Source of the DNA: a virus
Taxonomy: Duplodnaviria > Caudoviricetes
Reading direction: 5' to 3' (one strand)
DNA: 61,894 nucleotides
IMG/VR virus record: IMGVR_UViG_3300044568_000567
Span: 1 to 61,894 of that record
The notes beneath the pieces were generated by a model that ran no database searches, was not told where the DNA came from, and saw only the letters and a list, made by a program, of their open reading frames with translations. Positions 1 to 9,946 of this stretch are shown here, piece by piece. The translations under genes were made by a program, and so were the position numbers. The stretch's first letter is position 1. Each line of letters begins with the position of its first letter.

Positions 1-1231
<1,231 letters not shown>

Positions 1232-1263
1232 AGTTTATTATTAATCGTTGCATTGCGTTTTTG

Positions 1264-1479
1264 TCAAGCGGTTATATCAACCTCAACAGGCCAAGATAAT
1301 CCTTCTTTGGCTATCTGTTCTTCACACTCTTCGTGAGTCCCTACAAATAATGTTTGTGGCGTGGCAATGGATTGGTCTGTTTGTTGGTAGAAAATAATTG
1401 TTTTATCTTCATATGCCAATTTCCATTTGCCTACAGAATCATCATAAGACCAGCCATTTGCACTTGGAGTAATTATCAT
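1264..1479 (-). CDS. Small hypothetical protein (possible fibre chaperone)
   Basis: ATGA overlap with the upstream gene; lies in the fibre cluster. Confidence 0.6.
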   Translation of the reverse strand: MIITPSANGWSYDDSVGKWKLAYEDKTIIFYQQTDQSIATPQTLFVGTHEECEEQIAKEGLSWPVEVDITA

Positions 1480-2342
1480 GGGACTGTTACAGAGAGGGTT
1501 GAGTTTGTTGAATTATAAGTTGCCGTTGTTCCAGCAGGAACTCCTGTAAGTGTCCCTACGCCCCAAGTGCCTGATGTTGAACCTTGAAAGAAGCGAAATG
1601 TTGTAACACCAGACGGAGGTGAAACATTGAACGAAACAGCAATGAATGAGCCAGTCGAGTTAAATGTTGCAGTCGCGGTTGACGCTCCAGTTGTTTTTGA
1701 AGCCTGTATTGATCCCGTTGTAATAATTGTTTGACCTGTGTAGGTTAATGTTCCAGACAGAACGAGAATTCCATTTCCTGTTTTACTGACATTTCCAGTC
1801 CCTGCAATATTACCCGTAACAGTTATTGTGTTGGCTCCAATGGTGCGATACTGAAGTGAAGTGTTTAATTGAAAGTTGTTAGACAGGGTTACATTACCCC
1901 CTGTATCAATTCGCCCTGCGGCGTTAGAGAGAGTAAAAAGTCCCGTTCCGAAAGCATTGCTTGATGTAAATAATATCAGTCCAGATAACCCTCCCGAAAC
2001 AAACGATGTTCCTCCAGAGTAAGTATTGTTCCCACCTATCGTTAAAACTGCCGTTCCAGTTTTTCTTAATGTTCCTGATCCGCTAATTACTCCGTTGAGA
2101 GTTGATGCGCCTGTAACGGCAAGCGTTCCAGCGTTAATTTGCGTTGGCCCTGTATAATTGCAAGTGCCAGATAGAGTTAATTGACCAACCCCGTTTTTAA
2201 TTAGCCCTCTTGTGCCTGTCAATGCGGTGGAGATAGTCGTGCTTAAATAGCACATGAGTTGACGGAAAGATGCCGTTGCAGATGCAATTGCAGTTACATT
2301 GCTTGCGCCTACATTTGCCGCACTGGAATTAGTTAAAATCAT
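1476..2342 (-). CDS. Autotransporter-associated beta-strand repeat protein (putative adhesin)
   Basis: Three LxKxGxGxLxLxGxxxYxGxTxxxxG repeats. Confidence 0.85.
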   Translation of the reverse strand: MILTNSSAANVGASNVTAIASATASFRQLMCYLSTTISTALTGTRGLIKNGVGQLTLSGTCNYTGPTQINAGTLAVTGASTLNGVISGSGTLRKTGTAVLTIGGNNTYSGGTSFVSGGLSGLILFTSSNAFGTGLFTLSNAAGRIDTGGNVTLSNNFQLNTSLQYRTIGANTITVTGNIAGTGNVSKTGNGILVLSGTLTYTGQTIITTGSIQASKTTGASTATATFNSTGSFIAVSFNVSPPSGVTTFRFFQGSTSGTWGVGTLTGVPAGTTATYNSTNSTLSVTVP

Positions 2343-2926
2343 CCTACAATTATGTAAACTGTGTTTGCGTTAATGCCAGCCCCAAGAGCGTTATACCCTG
2401 CCAATGTGATTTGCATCATGTTAGTCAAGGCAGTTGCTCCTGTTGCTCCGCTTATGTTGCTACCAATCTTGCCGTTTAAAGCAGTCTGTGTAGCAGTTGA
2501 AATTGGTTTATTGGCATCCGAGGTGTTGTCCGCATTGCCAAGACCAACATCTGTTTTATCAATCGTCACCGCACCCGTGCGAGTATTAACTGAAGTGACT
2601 CCAGCAACACTTCCAGTAATGTCACCTAATGTTGCAAGCGTCCCAGATGCACTAGGAAGCGTAAAAGTCTTTGTAGCACCTCCTGCCGTTATGGTGAGGT
2701 TGCTGTTGTTTTGCAGTTCTAAAACCTGACTGCTATCAGGAGAATAAATTTCGTCGTGCGAATGCACAGACATACCACCAATTTCTTGGATTGCACCAGT
2801 GGATGGATGCTTGGCGTAAAGCTTTTTATCTGCGTGATTTATGCAAATCTCGCCAGATGCAAGATCGGTACTCAGCGGAATTTTCGAGATAACCGACTTT
2901 TTAGGGACTATGATTGGGTTAGCCAT
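2339..2926 (-). CDS. Tail fibre/whisker protein
   Basis: N-terminal LASGEICINHADKKLY fibre-anchor-like motif; VTSVNTRTGAV and VGLGNADNTSDANKPISTATQTAL fibre repeats. Confidence 0.8.
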   Translation of the reverse strand: MANPIIVPKKSVISKIPLSTDLASGEICINHADKKLYAKHPSTGAIQEIGGMSVHSHDEIYSPDSSQVLELQNNSNLTITAGGATKTFTLPSASGTLATLGDITGSVAGVTSVNTRTGAVTIDKTDVGLGNADNTSDANKPISTATQTALNGKIGSNISGATGATALTNMMQITLAGYNALGAGINANTVYIIVG

Positions 2927-2941
2927 TATAGAATGGGGATG

Positions 2942-2968
2942 CCTCCAGAGGGGTTGAACCTCTGAAGG
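2942..2968 (-). terminator. Intergenic hairpin with a T-loop-like loop
   Basis: CCTTCAGAGG-TTCAACC-CCTCTGGAGG; no U-tract, so it may be a processing or stability element instead. Confidence 0.4.
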
Positions 2969-2986
2969 ACTTTTGGTTAGGGACTA

Positions 2987-3604
2987 TTAGTAGGTTCCGC
3001 CATCGATGGTTGTTTCGAGTGCAGTTACGCGAGTGTCAAGAGCCGAATCAGCCGATGTACGGGCCGAAATTTCGGAAGCCAAAGCAGCGTTGTTGCTAGT
3101 TACATAACCAGCGAAGGCAGAGTCGTTTGCCGTATCAACAGAATTGATTAAGGAGACGATTTCAGCAAACGAATCACTGTCTGCGCTTGCGGCAGAAAGG
3201 ATTGCGTCAACGCGACCTTTTTCAGTAGCGATTTTTGCATCCAAAGCCGAATCACCACTGGTGCGAGCGGAGGTTTCGGTAGCGAGATCGGAAGCGATAA
3301 CACCCTCAGCGGCAGTAGCCCGGGAAACCTCTGCTGAAACTGCCGATGTCAATGTGCCGTCAGCGGCAATACGAGAGGCTTCTTCTGCGGCGATAGCAGC
3401 AGTAAGAGTCGAGTTTGCAGCGGAAACAGCGGCATCAGCGTATACTTTGGTAGCGAACGTGCCAGAACCACCAATAGCGAGTGGGGTTCCGTCAGCTTTG
3501 CCAACAAAAAGGCTGAGATTTGTTAGGTCGATTGCCAACTCTCCAGAAGAAAGACTTGCGGGAGCGGAAGAACCACGTTTAATGCGAATAATTGGATTGG
3601 ACAT
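2987..3604 (-). CDS. Coiled-coil fibre/whisker protein
   Basis: IRIKRG...LSSGELAID...LFVG N-terminus, ExxRAxAAE coiled-coil repeats, IDGGTY end. Confidence 0.8.
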   Translation of the reverse strand: MSNPIIRIKRGSSAPASLSSGELAIDLTNLSLFVGKADGTPLAIGGSGTFATKVYADAAVSAANSTLTAAIAAEEASRIAADGTLTSAVSAEVSRATAAEGVIASDLATETSARTSGDSALDAKIATEKGRVDAILSAASADSDSFAEIVSLINSVDTANDSAFAGYVTSNNAALASEISARTSADSALDTRVTALETTIDGGTY

Positions 3605-3666
3605 AGATTTTTATTGTTTTTTTGTTTTGTTTTGTTTTTTTGGTTTTTCTGGTTATTCAGAAAGTT

Positions 3667-3840
3667 TTAAGGTGATGGACTATATTCTCCAGCATCAATT
3701 TCAGCTACATTTGTAAGTTCTCCGCTTTGTATTTGAGCAACTTCATTTCCATTAGGCAATGTGCCATCAACGCTGATTGTGAGCGAGGCACTTGGACTAA
3801 AATCTAGCTTGCCAGTGAATGGATTGAATCTAACTGCCAT
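3667..3840 (-). CDS. 57-aa virion-associated protein (not in ORF track)
   Basis: [18 protein letters not shown]...IDAGEYSPSP; TAA-T-ATG coupled to the upstream gene. Confidence 0.75.
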   Translation of the reverse strand: MAVRFNPFTGKLDFSPSASLTISVDGTLPNGNEVAQIQSGELTNVAEIDAGEYSPSP

Positions 3841-3841
3841 A

Positions 3842-4105
3842 TTAAGCTATGCTTACCATTACTAAATTTGCGTCATTCACAGTAGGAGGTTGCACGGAAT
3901 ATGTCAATGTAAGGGTTGCAACAACCGCAGAGGCTTTGCTGTAAACTACCGTTGCGATATTGTTCGTCGAACCATAGTAAGTCAATGCAAGTTCGTCATA
4001 TTCTGGGATTTGAAATCCTTGAATAGAGTTAGCGATATTAGAAACCCCATCAAGCACCAAATGACGGAATTTTGCTGTGTCGAGAATTGAAGGGATATCG
4101 TCCAT
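3842..4105 (-). CDS. Putative virion decoration/fibre-associated protein
   Basis: Follows the major capsid gene; beta-rich IPEYDELALTY...VATLTLTY. Confidence 0.6.
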   Translation of the reverse strand: MDDIPSILDTAKFRHLVLDGVSNIANSIQGFQIPEYDELALTYYGSTNNIATVVYSKASAVVATLTLTYSVQPPTVNDANLVMVSIA

Positions 4106-4129
4106 AGTGTGTGAATGTTAAACTGATGA

Positions 4130-4161
4130 GGTGGCAGAGTCAAGTTATTAACTCTGCCACC
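4130..4161 (-). terminator. Hairpin after the major capsid gene
   Basis: GTGGCAGAGT...ACTCTGCCAC 10-bp stem just after the stop. Confidence 0.6.
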
Positions 4162-4175
4162 GATATCAATTCAAC

Positions 4176-5363
4176 TTACACGCAAGGTGCTGGATTCACA
4201 TCATCTTGGCAACGCTTGTAGACAATTGCCACAACATTCTGTGGACGAATTGGTTGGATAGCGCGTTGGATTTGATAAATATGCTGCCCAAAGTCACCAT
4301 AAAGGTTGCAATCGTTATCACGGAAGTACGTCCACTCCAGTTCACCCATAGCGAGTTGGGGAGCGAAACGGAAAGTTCCTTCTCCAACATAGCTTTCAGG
4401 TACGAGACGCTTGAAGGCATTACCCGCAATAACAAACATGACTTCATACGTGGCTGCAACCCATGCTGGGTTACGGCGTTGAGCGAAACCATTCGTTACG
4501 GCAGTCGAGACGATTGGGTTAACAAGGGTAAGAACACCAGCGACATTTGCGGTAGCGCGAAGGGGTTGTTGGTCGATACCGAATGCGAAACCACGATATC
4601 CTTGGAAGGAGTAACCGCTGATTGCAGTCTCACCAAGTTTGAACGAACCAGTCGTAAGACCGATCAGATCTTCTTTTACGTCCGCATCGTTGCGGAAGTT
4701 CTCGATTTGATCTGCGCTAGCAATAACTTGGAAGAATTCACCTTCAGAGGTAGCGAATGGTTCAGCAAGCATTTCTTCGCGGAGGAACGTTCCAAGTTTG
4801 TAAAGAGTCTTGAAGTTCATAGGAGCATCAGGATTCTTGGCTGCAAACAAGGTGTTGATCTGCTGCATATCACCAGTCAGGTTAGCGGCAAAGGTAGCAG
4901 TGGAGTCCACTACATACTTAATGCCAGACTGAAGGAGATACTGATAACGGATGTCAGCATTGATAAGCTGGAGGATCGTCTTTTCGAGCGATACTTGAGC
5001 TTGAAGGTAAGAACCTTTGAACGCTGTGCGAGCTTGCTTTACGCAAACACGAGGGCCAGCACCACGAAGGGTCTGGAGTTGGAACTGGTATTCAGTCGAG
5101 CCAACAACGTCAGGGGTTGCTCCCACACCGCAGAGGGTGGTGTCGTTAACGAAGGTAGGAGATGCGAGCGAAGCGGCAGGAACTGCCATTTCCTCAACAA
5201 CACTACGCACAACGTCAGAGACGTTAGGAAGCGTTCCACCATCGATGGAGTTGATATAAGGACTCTTACGGGCGAGAACTCGTCCGATTTGTCCGATGAT
5301 GCGGTTCACGTCTTTGCTTGCAAAGTCCTGAATCGCGGCTAGTGAGATACATTCTGCTGCCAT
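4176..5363 (-). CDS. Major capsid protein
   Basis: 395 aa, biased codon usage, downstream of portal and scaffold, own promoter and downstream hairpin. Confidence 0.8.
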   Translation of the reverse strand: MAAECISLAAIQDFASKDVNRIIGQIGRVLARKSPYINSIDGGTLPNVSDVVRSVVEEMAVPAASLASPTFVNDTTLCGVGATPDVVGSTEYQFQLQTLRGAGPRVCVKQARTAFKGSYLQAQVSLEKTILQLINADIRYQYLLQSGIKYVVDSTATFAANLTGDMQQINTLFAAKNPDAPMNFKTLYKLGTFLREEMLAEPFATSEGEFFQVIASADQIENFRNDADVKEDLIGLTTGSFKLGETAISGYSFQGYRGFAFGIDQQPLRATANVAGVLTLVNPIVSTAVTNGFAQRRNPAWVAATYEVMFVIAGNAFKRLVPESYVGEGTFRFAPQLAMGELEWTYFRDNDCNLYGDFGQHIYQIQRAIQPIRPQNVVAIVYKRCQDDVNPAPCV

Positions 5364-5590
5364 AATTTTAGTTTTCTAATTAATTGTTGTTTGGGTTTGT
5401 TCTGCTTGAACTCCCGAAGAAAAATTCTACGGGCAACATTCAAGACGATAAGATCCGCTATCGGATTTTAACGATTTGTTTCTTGGTTTTGTTGCCCCGG
5501 CACGTTGGGCGTTGTTCGGCCTGATTGCGGATTCTTTGACTTCCACAGAGTCACCAGAATAACGAATCTGGCACGTCGAGTTATTGCCTT

Positions 5591-5617
5591 TTTATATCAA
5601 TACTAAAACATTGTCAA
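5591..5617 (-). promoter_or_regulatory. Sigma70-like promoter for the capsid gene
   Basis: TTGACA-N15-TATAAA with TGn extended -10 (or N17-TAAAAA). Confidence 0.55.
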
Positions 5618-6207
5618 ATTATATTTAAAATATTTTTTAGGTATTGAGATTTCGGAATATTATTCTCCAGTTTTGCGTGAATTAAATTCGCTTCAATTCT
5701 ATCGAGTTTTCCAGATTCGTTAAAAATATCATGTTCGTTTTTTAACACTCCACCCACATGAAGGTCATTGGAAAGTATTGTGTTTATGACGTGAGCGCAC
5801 ATTTCTTTAGTTGTGTGAAAAATATAAGATGGTTGCCCAGACAAAAGAAGCAATGAACCAGTCTTCTTTACCTCTTCAGCGAGTTGTGGAGTGAATGAAA
5901 TATTAGCAACATCGTAGTCACTCATCCATCCACCTCCTGCGGCATGAAGCGCACACCAACGTGAAAAACGAGCGCAAATGAAAGCAAAATTATGTTGCAA
6001 CTCGTTGGGGAGAACTGGAGCGAGTCGAGTTAATTTAGTCATTAGTTTCAGGTGGAGCGGACTCCCCTGCGCGTGTGAGCGATTTAGCATCACTGGATCC
6101 CATCCTTGGGCTTGCCAAGTCGATTTCCAGACGTTTGCACAAGCGAATTGCTCATCCTGTGGGTGTAGTTGAACGCTCTCGTAGTATCCGTAGATTTTTG
6201 GTTTCAT
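5614..6207 (-). CDS. Putative DxD glycosyltransferase (GT-A fold)
   Basis: R...L...GGGWMSDYDV matches the GGxYxDxD sugar-binding motif. Confidence 0.6.
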   Translation of the reverse strand: MKPKIYGYYESVQLHPQDEQFACANVWKSTWQAQGWDPVMLNRSHAQGSPLHLKLMTKLTRLAPVLPNELQHNFAFICARFSRWCALHAAGGGWMSDYDVANISFTPQLAEEVKKTGSLLLLSGQPSYIFHTTKEMCAHVINTILSNDLHVGGVLKNEHDIFNESGKLDRIEANLIHAKLENNIPKSQYLKNILNII

Positions 6208-7202
6208 TAGTACGCCTTAATCCCAACATTAAAAACTGGAACACCCAAGTCGATGTGGGGTTGGTGTCCTGCGTCCATTGCTTTTTTGCAGAATGAAATA
6301 TCGTCAGGGTAAAAAGGCCCGTGCTTGATATCAGGGTACTTTTTCTTGATATCTTGAAAAACTCTACGATGGATCAACAAGCATCCACTGCCCACCCAGT
6401 CAACTGCCTCAACAGAATCGGTGCAGACCCGTGCTTTTTTGCCAAGATCAGTTTTTGAACAGTCGATTGACGCATCATCCAAGTTTGCGAAGTACGCTGC
6501 ACCAACCAATGATTTCCCTGCACCTATCAAGCGATGCACAATGTGCTTCTGTAAGTGTGAATCATGGATGTTTCGAGCAGCACCAATCGTTGCTTTAGCC
6601 CACTGCGGTCTGCCAATGGATGGAATGATGTTATTGTCCAATAACAGCAACCATTTTGCGTCTGTGGCTAAGAATTTCTCTGCAAGATCATTCCGTGACT
6701 TGTAAAAGCTGCTTTCGTCGCTCGAAACGTCAAATCGGATTTTATCACGTCCAAAATCAAGCGCAATGTGGATTAAAGCAAGCGTAGTGATCGGATTAGT
6801 GGCTTTATTAGCCGAAAAACCAACGAAAATGTCCCGTCCCGCGAATTCTGCTCTATACGAAGGCAACCCTTCATTGGTTCGGGATTCTACAATATTTGAT
6901 TGTAAAGTATCGTTAAATGGTACTTTTTCGGCAACATCTTCGATAATTGGTTGTTTAATTTCTTCTGGAGTTGGTAATTCCATCTTTTCCAACACCTTTG
7001 GCACTGGTTTACGTCTGCGTTTAGGTTTTCGGTCTAGTTTGATCATAGGTTCGGGTTCATTGAGATGTGAAAAGTCTCGTTGTTGTTTATTTATTTCTGG
7101 TTGTGATTGTGGACGTTGAACTTGTCCTTGTCTTGCAAATGGATCGAAAGAATCCAATGCATTCATAGTTATCTTCTCATCAGGAGTAACTTTTGGTTCC
7201 AT
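6207..7202 (-). CDS. Glycosyltransferase family 2-like protein with a disordered N-terminus
   Basis: SRNDLAEKFL..WLLLLDNN, VGSGCLLIHRRVF, DDISFCKKA...HIDLGV. Confidence 0.75.
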   Translation of the reverse strand: MEPKVTPDEKITMNALDSFDPFARQGQVQRPQSQPEINKQQRDFSHLNEPEPMIKLDRKPKRRRKPVPKVLEKMELPTPEEIKQPIIEDVAEKVPFNDTLQSNIVESRTNEGLPSYRAEFAGRDIFVGFSANKATNPITTLALIHIALDFGRDKIRFDVSSDESSFYKSRNDLAEKFLATDAKWLLLLDNNIIPSIGRPQWAKATIGAARNIHDSHLQKHIVHRLIGAGKSLVGAAYFANLDDASIDCSKTDLGKKARVCTDSVEAVDWVGSGCLLIHRRVFQDIKKKYPDIKHGPFYPDDISFCKKAMDAGHQPHIDLGVPVFNVGIKAY

Positions 7203-7273
7203 AGATATAATGTGGCTTTAACAATATTAAGTTATATATGATTTTGTGTATAACTGTATAACTTTAGTATACT

Positions 7274-8527
7274 TTAACCACCTAGTGCTTCATCGAGGCC
7301 AATATCAATGGCATCCATCGAGTTCATCTTCAATCTGTCATTGAGGCTGGATTTGATGCTATGCTGACCCGTGATGGTCTGCTTGGGCATTTTCCCTGCG
7401 CCTTTGAGGTTATTATTCTCTTCCCGCAAGGATTTTAGTTCTGCCATGTATTTAGATTTCCCTTCCTGCTCAACTCGTAGTTGCTCGGTTAGGACGTGCG
7501 AGAACACTGCTGCCGCCGCTACGTTAGCCCGTTCTTGCGCGTTGGTAGGCCACAGAGCAGAGTTAAATTTCTCGGCAAGGGATTGCACCTGCGCGTTGTG
7601 CCTCTGGATTTGTTCTAGCTTTTCTGGTGTTGCGTCTTTAGGTGCTTCTGCGAACCTAGCCCACGGAAGATCCTTGGTCAGACCATCCATGTGGTTATCA
7701 ATCTGCTGAACCTCTTGTTGATACCATTTTCCCTTTTCCTGCTCTCGATCTGCCAAAATTTGATCGGCATTCTGAGCGGCATTAGCAACTTCTTGCTCTT
7801 GCTTTTCCTTGAGATCCACAACGTCTACCAAGTTGCGCTTAAGACGCTCCGAATCGGTGAGAGGCAATTTATCGATGGCGTTATTCTTCCACCAGTTCTG
7901 ATCCACGGCATCAGGCCCACCTGCTTTTTCAATAGACTCAATAACGTCCTCGCTTGCTCCGTTTTTGCGAAGGATTGCATAGATATTCTCTTTAGCAGAC
8001 GCAATTGGTTGGTTGTATTTCGATTGAAACTCTGGGTCGTTCTTAATGTCGAAGATCGCACGGAATTTCTTCAACTCATCGTAGTCATCGGGTGCTTTAA
8101 ACTCTTGCTGACGTGATTCCATCTCTACAACACGTTGACGCAGTTGCTCTGTCTCCTCGGCTTGCTTCTTGTATGTGCTTGCCGTTTCTTGAAGTTTTCT
8201 CCAGTTAGAACGATTAACCTCCGACAGATTGCGAGGTTGCTCGATTGAAGCAATTTCTGGATCCAGTTCGACTGCTGGAGTTACAGGTGCTTCTGTAGTC
8301 TCTGTAGGTTCCGTGGATTCAGCAACCTCTTGCTCTGGTTCCTCGATTGGTTCAATTTCTTCCGTTTCGACAGGTTCCTCTGCGTACACTGGCTCAACTC
8401 CGCTTAGTGCAGCGTCAAGTAGTGCATCGATTTGATTTTCAGTTGATTCATCTATTGGATCTGCATCCAATGATGGGTTACCATAGCCAGTTACACTGGA
8501 TTCTGCTTTTTCGTTTTCGTTTTCCAT
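7274..8527 (-). CDS. Putative scaffolding protein
   Basis: Acidic disordered N-terminus plus coiled coil, between portal and capsid; likely start MENENEK at 8527. Confidence 0.7.
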   Translation of the reverse strand: MENENEKAESSVTGYGNPSLDADPIDESTENQIDALLDAALSGVEPVYAEEPVETEEIEPIEEPEQEVAESTEPTETTEAPVTPAVELDPEIASIEQPRNLSEVNRSNWRKLQETASTYKKQAEETEQLRQRVVEMESRQQEFKAPDDYDELKKFRAIFDIKNDPEFQSKYNQPIASAKENIYAILRKNGASEDVIESIEKAGGPDAVDQNWWKNNAIDKLPLTDSERLKRNLVDVVDLKEKQEQEVANAAQNADQILADREQEKGKWYQQEVQQIDNHMDGLTKDLPWARFAEAPKDATPEKLEQIQRHNAQVQSLAEKFNSALWPTNAQERANVAAAAVFSHVLTEQLRVEQEGKSKYMAELKSLREENNNLKGAGKMPKQTITGQHSIKSSLNDRLKMNSMDAIDIGLDEALGG

Positions 8528-8550
8528 AGATTTATTAATTGGTTGTTGAT

Positions 8551-8802
8551 TTACTTCATTGACTTCTCTCCACGGCACTTCCATTTTTTCCTGCTTAAAT
8601 TATTTGGTGAATTTGGATCATCCTTCCAATCACCTTTAATGTTTGCGCTTCTAGCACAATACGCGTCCGCTTTTTTTGTGAGTGGACGAATACGATCCTT
8701 GCCGTCTTTAGCTTTTCCAGCTTGCCCGTATTCAACTGTCCTCGTTCGACCAGTTGCCTTGTTAGTGATTGTTTTACTGAACCTTGGTTTGATTTCTGCC
8801 AT
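8551..8802 (-). CDS. Small basic phage protein (YCARS...WKC type)
   Basis: DAYCARS...PNSPNNLSRKKWKC motif, common in phage head regions. Confidence 0.7.
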   Translation of the reverse strand: MAEIKPRFSKTITNKATGRTRTVEYGQAGKAKDGKDRIRPLTKKADAYCARSANIKGDWKDDPNSPNNLSRKKWKCRGEKSMK

Positions 8803-8836
8803 ATGGTTTTGACGTAAATACTAGGTACTTTTTCCG

Positions 8837-9076
8837 TCACATAGACGTGAAGTTCCCTGCGCTTGGATCAGCGTTATCATTTGATGAGTTTACGCAATCT
8901 TCGATTTCTCGCAATGCCATTTCAAAACCTTGCTTCAACATTGCTTGCATTGCAACTCCTTCGACGGAAAATTCCGTTATGAAGGGAATTCTACTGCGTA
9001 AATATAAACGCAATCGATTTCCTGTTTTCTTATCGTAGTCACGAAGACGTGATGCGTCAGATTCTTCCCATTTCAT
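8837..9076 (-). CDS. Hypothetical head-region protein
   Basis: Tiles the operon. Confidence 0.6.
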   Translation of the reverse strand: MKWEESDASRLRDYDKKTGNRLRLYLRSRIPFITEFSVEGVAMQAMLKQGFEMALREIEDCVNSSNDNADPSAGNFTSM

Positions 9077-9078
9077 AT

Positions 9079-9600
9079 TTATTTTATTTTTGGAACAGAA
9101 AAATATCTGTCTCCATATTTTTTAACTTGAAATCCTCTTTTATCTTCATAATCGACAAGAAAGTTATGTGTGGGATGATTCGATCCTTTAAGAGCAATAT
9201 AAGCCTCTCCTTCAGGTAATCCATATTGTTTAGACATCTGTTGATTTATTGGAGCAACAGAACCCATGTGTTGATTGTAATCATTAGGTTTCATTCCAAC
9301 GCTTTCAGCAGTCAGATAATCGTACTGGGCAGATTCTGGATCAAATCCTTTTTTAACAACCCTCTCTCTGTCTGCTTGAACTGGATATGAATAAGCAGAC
9401 GATGGATCCATTGGTTGTGTTGCAGTAATTTGAGGTGCTTTAGATTGTTCGTAATTGAATAAATCTGGTCTTAGTGGGTTACTTCGATTTTCGTATTTTG
9501 CAATTCCTTTTGACCAATCATAATAATCATCATTATACCCAGTTTTTTGATTATTAACTGGAGTTGATTGATTATTTGATGTGTTGTTTGCTCCACCCAT
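9079..9600 (-). CDS. Hypothetical protein with MGG N-terminus
   Basis: Tiles the operon; LKGSNHPT motif. Confidence 0.6.
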   Translation of the reverse strand: MGGANNTSNNQSTPVNNQKTGYNDDYYDWSKGIAKYENRSNPLRPDLFNYEQSKAPQITATQPMDPSSAYSYPVQADRERVVKKGFDPESAQYDYLTAESVGMKPNDYNQHMGSVAPINQQMSKQYGLPEGEAYIALKGSNHPTHNFLVDYEDKRGFQVKKYGDRYFSVPKIK

Positions 9601-9603
9601 ATT

Positions 9604-9939
9604 TTATTCCATCATCGACTTAACTTTGGATTTAACCTTGCGGTAAGCCTTTTTGCCAGCGGCAGCAAGTTGATCCAAATTTACAATGCCTTGGTCGCTC
9701 ATGCCTTGTTTTTTAATGCGATCATAATTTGCCTTTTCTTTTGCGGCATATTCTGCTTTCTTTTCCATTTCCATTTCGGATTCGGAAAGAAGATCTTCAA
9801 CTTCCGCTTCTTTGTCTTTTGGGGTTGGAAGAGGTTCAACTTTTTTCATAAGTTTAACGTCTTTTTCTTTTACTGCGGACGATGGATCCATTTTTGCTTT
9901 GGAAGCAAGTTTGCTGATGATTTTGGCTCGGTCTGGCAT
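9604..9939 (-). CDS. Lys/Glu-rich hypothetical protein
   Basis: Tiles the operon after the portal gene. Confidence 0.6.
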   Translation of the reverse strand: MPDRAKIISKLASKAKMDPSSAVKEKDVKLMKKVEPLPTPKDKEAEVEDLLSESEMEMEKKAEYAAKEKANYDRIKKQGMSDQGIVNLDQLAAAGKKAYRKVKSKVKSMME

Positions 9940-9946
9940 AATATTA

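Noticed and set aside
1240-1267. TTGACA upstream of ATG 1231
   Set aside because: No convincing -10 box at the proper spacing
4206-5342. 378-aa plus-strand ORF
   Set aside because: Antisense shadow of the codon-biased capsid gene; no recognisable motifs
7230-7273. TGTATAAC tandem motif
   Set aside because: Short and AT-rich; not enough support for a function
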